NCBI GenBank assembly: GCA_963708945.1
Contig: CAVPUI010000011.1
Location: forward strand, 87,281-151,280
From: an uncultured Actinomycetota bacterium
Lineage (GTDB): Bacteria > Actinomycetota > Actinomycetes > Propionibacteriales > Nocardioidaceae
Direction of reading: 5' to 3'
Length of the DNA: 64,000 nucleotides
Program-made: the position numbers and the translations under genes
Part shown: piece after piece, positions 9,869 to 18,551 of the stretch
Layout: each line of letters opens with the position of its first letter
How positions within the stretch are numbered: position 1 is the stretch's first letter
Notes under the pieces: generated by a model
Seen by the model: only the letters and a program-made list of their open reading frames with translations
The model's database searches: none
What the model was told of the DNA's origin: nothing

Positions 9869-10909
9869 ATGAGCGAACCCGCCGAGCCCCGCCGCGTCGT
9901 CCTCGTCGTCGGGTCCGGCCGCAGCGGCACCAGCACGATGGCCGGCACCCTGCGCACCCTGGGGCTGCACGTGCCCCAGCCCGAGGTCGCCGCCGACGCC
10001 ACCAACCCCAAGGGGTTCGGCGAGCCGCAGTGGCTGGTCGACACCCACGACGAGCTGCTCAAGCGCTCCGGCGTCCAGGTCTCCGACGCCCGGCCCCGGG
10101 CCTGGCTGGACGCGGGCAAGGTCAGCGCCGACCACGCGGTGCGCGAGCGGGTCGACGGCTGGCTGGCCGAGCAGCTCGGCCAGGCCGACGAGCTGGTGCT
10201 CAAGGACCCCCGGGCCGCCTGGTTCCTCGGGCTGTGGCGCGCCGCGGCCGAGCGCAACGGCGCCACCACGTCGTACGTGACGATGCTGCGCCCGGTCACC
10301 GAGGTGGTCGGCTCCAAGCAGAAGTACTACGACGCCCGCCAGGGCGGGGTCACCCGCACCGCGGCCTGGATCAACATGATGCTCGGCACCGAGCGCGCCA
10401 CCCGCGGCGAGCAGCGCGCCTTCGTCCGGTACGCCGACATGCTCGCCGACTGGACGGTCCCGGTCTTCGGCCTCGGCGAGGCCTTCGACCTGCAGTCGGT
10501 CAAGACCGCGATGGCGGTCGACATCGCCGCCGTGCACCGGTTCATCGACCCGACCCTGCGCCGGGTCACCCTGACCTGGGACGACGTACAGGTGCCGACC
10601 GCGCTCCGTGAGCTGGCCGAGGAGACCTGGCAGGCGCTCGACGGGCTGGCCGAGGCCGGCGGCGACACGCCCGAGGCGCACGCGGTCTGCGACCAGCTGC
10701 GCGAGGCCTACGGCGAGATGTACGACGAGGCCGAGGCGTTCGCCGCCTCCAGCGTGCTGGCCGCCCGGCGCGAGGGCGTCCGGCAGGGCCGGGCCGAGGC
10801 CGAGCAGGCTTCCGGCGGGGCACTGGACCGAGTGCCGCACCGGGTCCGCGCGCTGGTTCCGCCCACCGCGCGCCGCGGCATCCGCAAGGCGCTGGGCCGC
10901 GAGCGCTGA
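9869..10909 (+). CDS. Sulfotransferase family protein
   Basis: N-terminal VVGSGRSGTS PAPS-binding-like loop, NPKGFGE, LKDPR. Confidence 0.8.
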   Translation: MSEPAEPRRVVLVVGSGRSGTSTMAGTLRTLGLHVPQPEVAADATNPKGFGEPQWLVDTHDELLKRSGVQVSDARPRAWLDAGKVSADHAVRERVDGWLAEQLGQADELVLKDPRAAWFLGLWRAAAERNGATTSYVTMLRPVTEVVGSKQKYYDARQGGVTRTAAWINMMLGTERATRGEQRAFVRYADMLADWTVPVFGLGEAFDLQSVKTAMAVDIAAVHRFIDPTLRRVTLTWDDVQVPTALRELAEETWQALDGLAEAGGDTPEAHAVCDQLREAYGEMYDEAEAFAASSVLAARREGVRQGRAEAEQASGGALDRVPHRVRALVPPTARRGIRKALGRER

Positions 10910-10939
10910 GACCTGCGTCCGGCCTACTAGGCTGCCGCC

Positions 10940-11887
10940 ATGCCAGCGCCCGTGGACATCGCCTGCCTCGAGGGGATGCCCGACTTCGACGTGACCTGGC
11001 CGTGGACCTCCGGTGAGCCGCTGGCCCCGGGACTGACCTGCGTCTTCCGGGTGCGCAACGAGGCGCGCAACCTGCCGTGGGTGCTGCCGCCGATCCTGAC
11101 GGCGGTCGACCACGTGCTGCTGGTCGACAACGGCTCCGACGACGGCACCGCCGAGGTGGCCCGCCGGGTGGCGGCCGAGCAGGGCGTCGCCGACCGGCTG
11201 ACCGTCCTCGACTACCCGCACCGGGTGAGCCGGGCCGGTGGTGAGCACCTGGCCACGCCCGCCACCTCGGTGCGCTCGCTGACCCACTTCTACAACTGGT
11301 GCTTCAGCCACGTCCGCACCACCTACTCGATGAAGTGGGACGGCGACATGGTGCTCACCCCCGAGGGCTCCAGCATCCTGCGCGACCTCTCCTGGCAGCT
11401 CCAGGCGACGGAGGCGATCGTGGCGATGCCCCGCCACCCGCTGACCGTGGTCGACGAGTCGACCGGCTGGCTCGACCTGAGCCTGCGGTTCCTGGAGCCG
11501 TGGGTCTACCCGATGGGGCCGGAGTTCACCTTCGTCAAGGCCTTCGACTGGGAGCTGCGCGAGTTCCCGCCCGGCGTGGAGCGGGTGGTGCTGCCGCAGG
11601 GCCTGGTGGTGGAGGTCAAGTGGCTGGACGCCGACGAGTTCGCGCACTGGCGCACCGAGGGCGTCGACTTCACCCACACCCGGCTCTACCGCAAGCTGCG
11701 CGAGTTCGAGGTCGACCAGGCGATCCGCGAGGGCCGCGCCGAGGAGCTCGGCGGACTGACCCGGGTCGACGCCCCGCCCGGCGTGCACATCATCGACCAC
11801 GTGACCCACACTTGGTTGCGGCAGGCGCCCAGGCCGCTGGTCAAGCACAGCCTGCCCGCGTCGCTGCGTGAGAGGACACCGCGTTGA
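10940..11887 (+). CDS. Glycosyltransferase family 2-like protein
   Basis: FRVRNEA, LLVDNGSDDGT, KWDGD (DxD). Confidence 0.8.
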   Translation: MPAPVDIACLEGMPDFDVTWPWTSGEPLAPGLTCVFRVRNEARNLPWVLPPILTAVDHVLLVDNGSDDGTAEVARRVAAEQGVADRLTVLDYPHRVSRAGGEHLATPATSVRSLTHFYNWCFSHVRTTYSMKWDGDMVLTPEGSSILRDLSWQLQATEAIVAMPRHPLTVVDESTGWLDLSLRFLEPWVYPMGPEFTFVKAFDWELREFPPGVERVVLPQGLVVEVKWLDADEFAHWRTEGVDFTHTRLYRKLREFEVDQAIREGRAEELGGLTRVDAPPGVHIIDHVTHTWLRQAPRPLVKHSLPASLRERTPR

Positions 11888-13710
11888 CCCACCCCCTCGA
11901 CTCCTTCTTCGCGAACTCCCCGGCCCCGGTGCTGGTGGTGGCCGGCGACGACCCTGTGGTGGCCGCGCTGCCGATCGGGTTCCAGGGGTCCCTGCTCGCG
12001 CTCTCGCAGGTCGACCCCGGCGAGCCGGTCAAGCGCGGCTGGAAGACGGTGCTGCTGGTCGCCTCCGACCGGGCCGCGCTGCGCCGGGCCGCCTCGATGG
12101 TGCCGCGGCTGGGCCAGTGCCGCACCGTCGGCGTCTGGCTCACCGAGGGCACCGCGCCGCTGGTGCTGCAGCCCCGCGGCGAGTGGCCGCTGATGACCAG
12201 CCTGCACGCCCGCCCGCTGCACGGTGGCAAGGGCGAGCAGGAGGCGGCCGGCTTCCTCACCGTGGCCCGGTTCGCCGACCCGGTCGGCGCGCACCTGGTG
12301 CTCGCCGAGCTGGCCCGCCAGGCCGTCCCCGGGGCCGACACCGCCCACCAGGGCCTGGTCGTCTCGTACGCCGGTCGCCCGCCCGCCGAGGGCCTGGACC
12401 CCCGGGCGCTTCACCTGGGCGACCCGGCCGAGGCCGGCGATCCTGAGCGGGACGTGCCCCCGGACGTGGTGCTGACCGGCGAGCGGGTCGCTGCCGGCCC
12501 GGCGCCGGAGAGCCACCACGTGATCGACCGGGAACCCACGGTGGTCCGCGACCGCGGGATGGAGCCGGTCGACGAGCTGGTCTTCAACCCGATGGGCTGG
12601 CGCAAGCACTGGAACCTCCCGCTGATCGGTCTGCTCGACCTCGCCCCCGGCCCGGCCGGGGTGACCGAGGCCGTGGTCCGCCGCGCCCGGGCCCACCAGG
12701 GGGTCCGCGTCGACCTGACCCGCCACGACCCGGTGCAGGTGCTGCGGCTGGCGATGGCCGGCGTCCCGCTGGTGGTCACCGGCCAGCAGACGGGCGACGG
12801 GCCCCGGCTCGACCCGGTGCTCCGCGCCACCCTGGACGGGGCCGGCGACCTGGGCGACCCGCTGGCCCGCGAGGAGCACTCGCTCCGCGTGCGCCGCGCC
12901 GCCTTCGACGCCCACTCCACCCTGGTCTGGCGAGCCGGCCTGGCCGACCGCGCCGGTGTGCGACCGCTGCCCGCCGGCGGGGAGCGCGGCCGGGTGCCCG
13001 GCCTGCCCGCGGTCAGCATCCTGCTCGCCACCCGGCGGCCACACCAGCTGGAGTTCGCCCTGGAGCAGGTGGCCCGGCAGCGCGGGGTCGAGGTCGAGCT
13101 GGTGCTCGCCGCCCACGGCTTCACCCCCGACCGCGACCTGGTGGCCAAGACGCTCGGCGACGTGCCGGCCACGGTGCTGGAGATCGGCCAGGAGACGTTC
13201 TTCGGCGACGTGCTCAACGCCGCGGCCCACGCCGCGACCAGCGACCTGCTGCTCAAGATCGACGACGACGACTGGTACTCGCCGTACGCCGTGCACGACC
13301 TGCTGATGGCTCGCCGCTACTCCGGCGCCGACGTGGTCGGGATGCCCAGCGAGTTCGTCTACCTCCAGGGACCCGACGTCACGGTCCGGCGCAACCACCC
13401 CTCCGAGCTGTTCAACCGGTTCGTCGCCGGCGGCACCACGCTGCTGGGCCGCGAGCTGCTCGACGCGCTCGGCGGCTTCCGCCGGGTCCGGCGGTTCGTC
13501 GACACCCAGCTGCTCAGCGGGGTGGAGGCGGCCGGCGGCCGGATCTACCGCACCCACGGCCTGGGCTACGTGCTGCGGCGTACCGGCGAGGGGCACACCT
13601 GGGCGATGGACGACGAGGAGTTCCGCCGTCCCGACATCGTCGACACCGAGTGGCGGGGCTTCCACCCCAGCAGCGAGCTCGGCGCCACCGCGGAGGGGGC
13701 GAGCGGCTGA
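11884..13710 (+). CDS. Glycosyltransferase with C-terminal GT2-like domain
   Basis: VSILLATRRP, LLKIDDDDWYSP; overlaps both neighbours by start/stop. Confidence 0.7.
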   Translation: MTHPLDSFFANSPAPVLVVAGDDPVVAALPIGFQGSLLALSQVDPGEPVKRGWKTVLLVASDRAALRRAASMVPRLGQCRTVGVWLTEGTAPLVLQPRGEWPLMTSLHARPLHGGKGEQEAAGFLTVARFADPVGAHLVLAELARQAVPGADTAHQGLVVSYAGRPPAEGLDPRALHLGDPAEAGDPERDVPPDVVLTGERVAAGPAPESHHVIDREPTVVRDRGMEPVDELVFNPMGWRKHWNLPLIGLLDLAPGPAGVTEAVVRRARAHQGVRVDLTRHDPVQVLRLAMAGVPLVVTGQQTGDGPRLDPVLRATLDGAGDLGDPLAREEHSLRVRRAAFDAHSTLVWRAGLADRAGVRPLPAGGERGRVPGLPAVSILLATRRPHQLEFALEQVARQRGVEVELVLAAHGFTPDRDLVAKTLGDVPATVLEIGQETFFGDVLNAAAHAATSDLLLKIDDDDWYSPYAVHDLLMARRYSGADVVGMPSEFVYLQGPDVTVRRNHPSELFNRFVAGGTTLLGRELLDALGGFRRVRRFVDTQLLSGVEAAGGRIYRTHGLGYVLRRTGEGHTWAMDDEEFRRPDIVDTEWRGFHPSSELGATAEGASG

Positions 13711-15323
13711 TGCCACGCCAGCCGGTGGTCCGGCACAACGACTACCGCTCGCTGACGCCGCCGGCGCTGGGGGAGTGGGAGCCGCACCTGTCGGTCTCGA
13801 TGGTGGTGCCGGCGTACAACTACCACCGGACGCTGCCCTACGTGCTGGCCGGGCTGGCCGGGCAGAGCTATCCCGCGCACCTGCTCGAGGTGGTCGTGGT
13901 CGACGACCAGTCCACCCCGCCGCTGGAGCTGCCCGAGGTGCGGCCGGAGAACACTCGGATCCTGCGGGTGGAGGCCGGCTGGGGCCGGGCCAACGCCTGC
14001 CACCTGGGCGCCCAGGCCAGCGACGGCGACGTCCTGCACTGGTACGACGCGGACATGCTGCCCTACCGCGAGGAGGCGGAGGCGCACATGCGCTGGCACC
14101 ACCTCGTCGACTACGCGGTGCCCGGGGGCGACAAGCGGTTCGTGGACCCCGCCTGGCTCCTCGACCTCGACCCCGCCGAGGTGCGCGACCGGGTCGCGGC
14201 CGGCGAGGCGGGGGACTTCTTCCCCGGCGTGCCGCACGAGGAGCACAAGTGGGTCGAGGGCTACTGGCGCCGCACCGGCGACCTCACCCAGGCCGGGCCG
14301 CGGGCCCAGCGGGTGCACATCGGGATGACCGGCTCGGTCACCCGCGACCTCTACCGCGCCTCGCGCGGCTTCGACCCGCAGCTCAGGCTCGGCGAGGACA
14401 TGGCCCTGGGGCACGAGCTGGCCCAGGCCGGCGGTGTCTTCGTGGTCGAGCGGGAAGCGCGCTCCTGGCACCTGGGCCGCTCCCAGGTGCTGCGCCGGGC
14501 CGAGCAGGTCAACCGCTACAACGACCCCTACCTGGCCAACCTGGTGCCGGCGATGCGGCCCAAGCGGCGCAAGCACGGCCGCAGCTACGAGGTGCCGTAC
14601 GTCGAGGTGGTGGTCCCGGTCGCCGAGCGGCTCACCGATCCTGACGTCACCCAGGGCGCCGACGAGGTCGTGGCCTGCGTCGACGCGCTGCTGGACGCCG
14701 ACTTCTCCGACCTGCGGGTGCTGCTGGTGGGGCCGTGGAGCCGGGTGCACGAGGAGCGGATCCAGCCGGTCGAGGACCCGGCGCTCGAGCTGCGGATCGT
14801 GCACCGCTCCTACCGCGGCGAGCCGCGGGTCAGCCTGGTGGAGTCCACCCCGGGGCACTCGCCCGAGGCGACGGACGCCGAGTTCCGGCTGACCCTGCCC
14901 GACACCTCGCACGCGCCGCTGCCGCAGGCGCTTCAGCGGCTGCTCGACGACCTCGAGCGCACCCACCACGGTCGCCGGACGATCGCCTACCCCGACGGCT
15001 CCGAGGCCAGGCTCGAGCGGATCGCCGCGCTCGCGCGGGTGGAGCGGGTCGCCGACGTCGGCGACGACCGGGACGAGCTGATGGAGCAGGCCTTCGGCAC
15101 GGGGTCCTACGCCGCCAAGGAGGTCGGCTTCGTGCCGACCGAGGAGCGCGAGCTGCCCAGGTTCGTGCTCAAGCCGAAGCCGGCGATGAACCCCGAGGAG
15201 TCCCGGGCGATCGTGCTCGGCCAGGCGACTTCGCCCGCATCGTCCCCGGCGGCCCCGGCGGCCCCGGCGACCGGGACGCCCGAGGACCCCGGCGCCGGAC
15301 GCCGTACCTGGTGGCGCCGCTGA
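13710..15323 (+). CDS. Glycosyltransferase family 2 protein
   Basis: VSMVVPAYN, VVVVDDQS, WYDADM, GFDPQLRLGED; TGATG coupling to the previous gene. Confidence 0.85.
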   Translation: MPRQPVVRHNDYRSLTPPALGEWEPHLSVSMVVPAYNYHRTLPYVLAGLAGQSYPAHLLEVVVVDDQSTPPLELPEVRPENTRILRVEAGWGRANACHLGAQASDGDVLHWYDADMLPYREEAEAHMRWHHLVDYAVPGGDKRFVDPAWLLDLDPAEVRDRVAAGEAGDFFPGVPHEEHKWVEGYWRRTGDLTQAGPRAQRVHIGMTGSVTRDLYRASRGFDPQLRLGEDMALGHELAQAGGVFVVEREARSWHLGRSQVLRRAEQVNRYNDPYLANLVPAMRPKRRKHGRSYEVPYVEVVVPVAERLTDPDVTQGADEVVACVDALLDADFSDLRVLLVGPWSRVHEERIQPVEDPALELRIVHRSYRGEPRVSLVESTPGHSPEATDAEFRLTLPDTSHAPLPQALQRLLDDLERTHHGRRTIAYPDGSEARLERIAALARVERVADVGDDRDELMEQAFGTGSYAAKEVGFVPTEERELPRFVLKPKPAMNPEESRAIVLGQATSPASSPAAPAAPATGTPEDPGAGRRTWWRR

Positions 15324-15333
15324 GCCTGCCGGC

Positions 15334-16134
15334 TCACGGGGCGAGCAGTGCACGCAGGGCGAGGTGGTCGCCGGCCGCGAGCCGGTGCAGGGTCGCCGGT
15401 CCGGTCAGGCGGGCGCCGGTCGTCCCGGCGTCCAGCAGCACGTGGTCGAGCTGGGCGACGGGCCGGTGCGCGGGGTAGGTCGGCCCCGCCGCCACCGGCG
15501 TCCACCCGGTGAGCCGCGCCGGCACCCGACCGGGCAGGTTGAGGTCGCCCAGCAGCACCAGCGGCCGCGGCAGCTCGCGCGCCCAGCCGACCAGGTCCCG
15601 CAGCTGCGCCGCGGCCCGCCACGGCACGAACGAGAGGTGGGTGGTCAGCACGGTCACCGGACCGTCCGGCGCCAGCACCCGGGCGGCCAGCGCGACCCGC
15701 TGCTCGTCCCCGACCACGACCAGGTCCTCGTTGGTCCACGACGGCTTGCGCACCGGGACCTTGAGCCCCGACGGGGCCATCCGGTGCTCCCGCCACCACT
15801 CCACCGGGTGCCGGCTGAGCAGCGCCACGCCGTACGACGGCTCCGCCAGGTCGGTGGCCGGAGCGGACCGCATCGTGCGGACGTTGCCCGGCGTCCCGTG
15901 CACCGCGGCGGCGAACCGCGAGTGCCAGCGGTCGCCCCCGCCCGTCGGGGCCGCGGTCAGCGCGGCGGCCAGCAGCGCGGTCTGGTCGGCGCCGCCGGAC
16001 CGGGTGAGCAGGTGGTCGACCTCCTGCACGGCGAGCACGTCGACGCCCAGCGCCGCGGCCTCGGCCGCCCAGGGGGCCAGGTCCCACCCCGCGCCGCGGC
16101 CCGAGGCCGCGTTGGCGGTCGCCATCCGGAGCAC
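15334..16134 (-). CDS. Endonuclease/exonuclease/phosphatase family protein
   Basis: DVLAVQEVD, YGVALLSR, TTHLS, LLGDLN, LDHV, GDH. Confidence 0.85.
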   Translation of the reverse strand: MLRMATANAASGRGAGWDLAPWAAEAAALGVDVLAVQEVDHLLTRSGGADQTALLAAALTAAPTGGGDRWHSRFAAAVHGTPGNVRTMRSAPATDLAEPSYGVALLSRHPVEWWREHRMAPSGLKVPVRKPSWTNEDLVVVGDEQRVALAARVLAPDGPVTVLTTHLSFVPWRAAAQLRDLVGWARELPRPLVLLGDLNLPGRVPARLTGWTPVAAGPTYPAHRPVAQLDHVLLDAGTTGARLTGPATLHRLAAGDHLALRALLAP

Positions 16135-16141
16135 GTGCGAC

Positions 16142-16861
16142 CTACTCCTCGGCGCCGGCGTACTTCTCGTTGGTGCTCTCGACCAGCTCGGCGGCGACGG
16201 TGTGCAGCTTGACGTTGCTGGCCTGGGAGACCCGGACCAGGAACTGGAAGGCGCGGTCCTCGGGCAGCTGGTAGCGCTCGGAGACGATGCCGAGCGCCTG
16301 GCCGATCACCTTGCGGGTGGCCATCCCGCGGTTGAGGTGGTCCTCCTGACGGGCCCGGCCCAGGGCGAGCGCCGCCTGGGTGGCGAAGAGCTCGGCCAGG
16401 TGCACCGAGTCGGGAGCGACCCCGGGGGAGGTGGAGTAGAGGTTGAGCGCGCCGAGCGTCCGGTCGTCGGCGTAGAGCTGGAGCCCCAGCTGGGACCCGA
16501 CCCCGCGCCGGGCGGCCTCCGGCAGGTAGCGCGGCCACCGGGGATCGGTCGCGGCGTCCTCGACCAGCGTCACCGGGCCGGCGCGGACCGCGTCGACGCA
16601 CGGGCCCTCGCCCAGCTCGTACTGCAGGGCGTCGAGCTCGCGGACCAGCTCGCTGCTGCTCGCGCGGGTCTCGATCCGGCCGTCACGGTGCCGGACCGAG
16701 ACGCCGGCGTGCTCGAAGTCGGGCAGGGTCAGCAGCACGGTCTGGACGATGAGGTCCAGGCTCTCCTCGACGCTCTGCGCGGCATGGAGGGAACGGCTGA
16801 CGGCGCTCAGCGCTGCAGCGAAGTGGGAGTTCTCCGTGCTGCCACCGCTCTCGGAGGTCAC
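16142..16861 (-). CDS. GAF and ANTAR domain protein
   Basis: DALQYELGEGPCVDA, GALNLYS, RKVIGQALGIVSERYQLPEDRAFQFLVRVSQASNVKL. Confidence 0.9.
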   Translation of the reverse strand: MTSESGGSTENSHFAAALSAVSRSLHAAQSVEESLDLIVQTVLLTLPDFEHAGVSVRHRDGRIETRASSSELVRELDALQYELGEGPCVDAVRAGPVTLVEDAATDPRWPRYLPEAARRGVGSQLGLQLYADDRTLGALNLYSTSPGVAPDSVHLAELFATQAALALGRARQEDHLNRGMATRKVIGQALGIVSERYQLPEDRAFQFLVRVSQASNVKLHTVAAELVESTNEKYAGAEE

Positions 16862-16867
16862 GAAGTC

Positions 16868-17005
16868 TCAGGCTTCACCGGGCAGCGGCTCCGGCTGCTC
16901 GGGGACCCCCGGGTCCTCGCCCGGCATGGGCGTGGGGATCGGCGCGGGGTCCCCGCTGGGGACGACGTCGGGGTCGGGTGAGGGCTCGGTCGGTGTGGTG
17001 GTCAT
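16868..17005 (-). CDS. 45-aa Pro/Glu/Asp-rich small protein
   Basis: MTTTPTEPSPDPDVVPSGDPAPIPTPMPGEDPGVPEQPEPLPGEA fills the gap; GGGTAC lies 8 nt upstream of the ATG. Confidence 0.55.
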   Translation of the reverse strand: MTTTPTEPSPDPDVVPSGDPAPIPTPMPGEDPGVPEQPEPLPGEA

Positions 17006-17046
17006 GGAGGTCCGTACCCCACGGACGGGGCGCGCACGCCTCGGGC

Positions 17047-17583
17047 TCAGCTGCGGGCGAACTCCTCGTGCCGGGTGCCGACCTTGCGGGCGGACGCCAG
17101 GTGGCCGCCCAGGTAGCCGCCGAGGCCGGCCACCGAGAAGCCGAGCAGGGCGAGCTTGACGCCCGTGGCGTGCTGTCCGCGCCGGCGGGCCAGGTAGGAG
17201 GCGCCGTAGGCGGAGCCGGCGATCCCGTTGCTCAGCGCGTGCACCAAGCCCACCCGCTGGTTGCGGTCGTCGGCGGCCGTCCACTCCGCCCAGCCCGTGA
17301 GGGCGGTGGGCACGCCGGTAAGCAGCCCGATCCCGACCAGGCGGCGCGCGGCGTCCTGGTCGTCGCGTCCACCGATCAGGTCGAGCAGGGTGGCCGACGT
17401 CCAGGTGCCGATCACCGCGTCGGTCAGCAGCGGGTGCAGCGCGTGCCCGAGCCACTCCCCGCGCAGCAGTCGGCCGCGCTTGCCGGTCGCCAGGCCGGAG
17501 GCGAGCGGGCGGATGGCGCGGACGGGTCGGTCCAGCGCGGTGGACTCCTCGAGCGTGCGGGTCAGGCGGACGAGCGGGTTCAC
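17047..17583 (-). CDS. DUF2231-like membrane protein
   Basis: LRGEWLGHALHPLLTD, RVGLVHALSN, GGYLGGHL; SD GAAGGAG before the GTG. Confidence 0.75.
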   Translation of the reverse strand: MNPLVRLTRTLEESTALDRPVRAIRPLASGLATGKRGRLLRGEWLGHALHPLLTDAVIGTWTSATLLDLIGGRDDQDAARRLVGIGLLTGVPTALTGWAEWTAADDRNQRVGLVHALSNGIAGSAYGASYLARRRGQHATGVKLALLGFSVAGLGGYLGGHLASARKVGTRHEEFARS

Positions 17584-17667
17584 GGGCTCTCCTTCACGGT
17601 CGCAGCAGGGGACCGAGACGTACCCCGTCGGGAGAGCTCCTACTCGGCCCACCCCGCACGGACCGGC

Positions 17668-18519
17668 TCAGCGGCCGCCGCTCATCCAGTCCGGCAGCAT
17701 CCCGCTGGCGAGCGTGGCGTCCCGGACCGGCAGGGCCAGCTCGAGCACTCTTTGCGTCCCGTCGAGCCCCAGGTGCCGCCAGCCCGCCAGCGCCAGCCGG
17801 TCGGTGTCCCGCTCGATCTGCTTGCGGAAGGCGAGGCCGTCCTCGCTCAGCCCGCCGTCGGCCACCAGGCCGCGGGCGGCGAGCCGCTCGGTGCCCGCGG
17901 CGTACTCCTCGTCGGTCCAGCCGCGGGTGGCCCGCATGAACTCCATCGTGCCGGCGTAGAGGCCGTTGAGGACGACCGCCTCGACCGGGTCGAGCTCGGC
18001 GGCCACCAGCACGGAGAGATGGCCGTCGCCCCGGTGCTCGCGGATCAGGGTCGCGGCGTGCCACAGCGCCGCACCCGGGTCCTCGGGCCAGCGGAGGCCG
18101 GCGTAGGCGGCGTACAGGGGCCGGCCAGGCGCGGTGAGCCCCTCGCAGACCGTGCGCAGCAGCCCGAGCAGCTCGGTGACGTCGTCGGGGTCGACCTCGG
18201 CCAGCACCTGCTCCATCACCCCGGCGATCGACTGGCGCTGCGCCTCGAGCACCCGCTCGGGGGAGGCGATCTCCCACGACGAGGGCAGCGTCTTGGTGAA
18301 CAGCCACGGGGCGAAGGCGTAGAAGGTCGCGGCCGGCACCGCGGGTCCGACCGGGCCGAACGGCGCCGACCGCGCGGCGAAGTAGGAGAGCCGCGGGCGG
18401 AAGCCCAGGTCGACGTACGCCTGGGTGACCTGCGGCGCGAAGTGGGCCAGCACGTGGACCGTCTCCAGCGCGCCCCAGGCCTTGCGGGAGGTCTTGGTCA
18501 GCTCGAGGTCGTCGGTCAC
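17668..18519 (-). CDS. SCO6745-like actinobacterial conserved protein
   Basis: YFAARSAPFGPV, GRPLYAA, LWHAATLIREHRGDGH, RGWTDEE. Confidence 0.75.
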   Translation of the reverse strand: MTDDLELTKTSRKAWGALETVHVLAHFAPQVTQAYVDLGFRPRLSYFAARSAPFGPVGPAVPAATFYAFAPWLFTKTLPSSWEIASPERVLEAQRQSIAGVMEQVLAEVDPDDVTELLGLLRTVCEGLTAPGRPLYAAYAGLRWPEDPGAALWHAATLIREHRGDGHLSVLVAAELDPVEAVVLNGLYAGTMEFMRATRGWTDEEYAAGTERLAARGLVADGGLSEDGLAFRKQIERDTDRLALAGWRHLGLDGTQRVLELALPVRDATLASGMLPDWMSGGR

Positions 18520-18551
18520 GTCAGCAACCTAGCCGTCGGCCCCGCCTGCCG

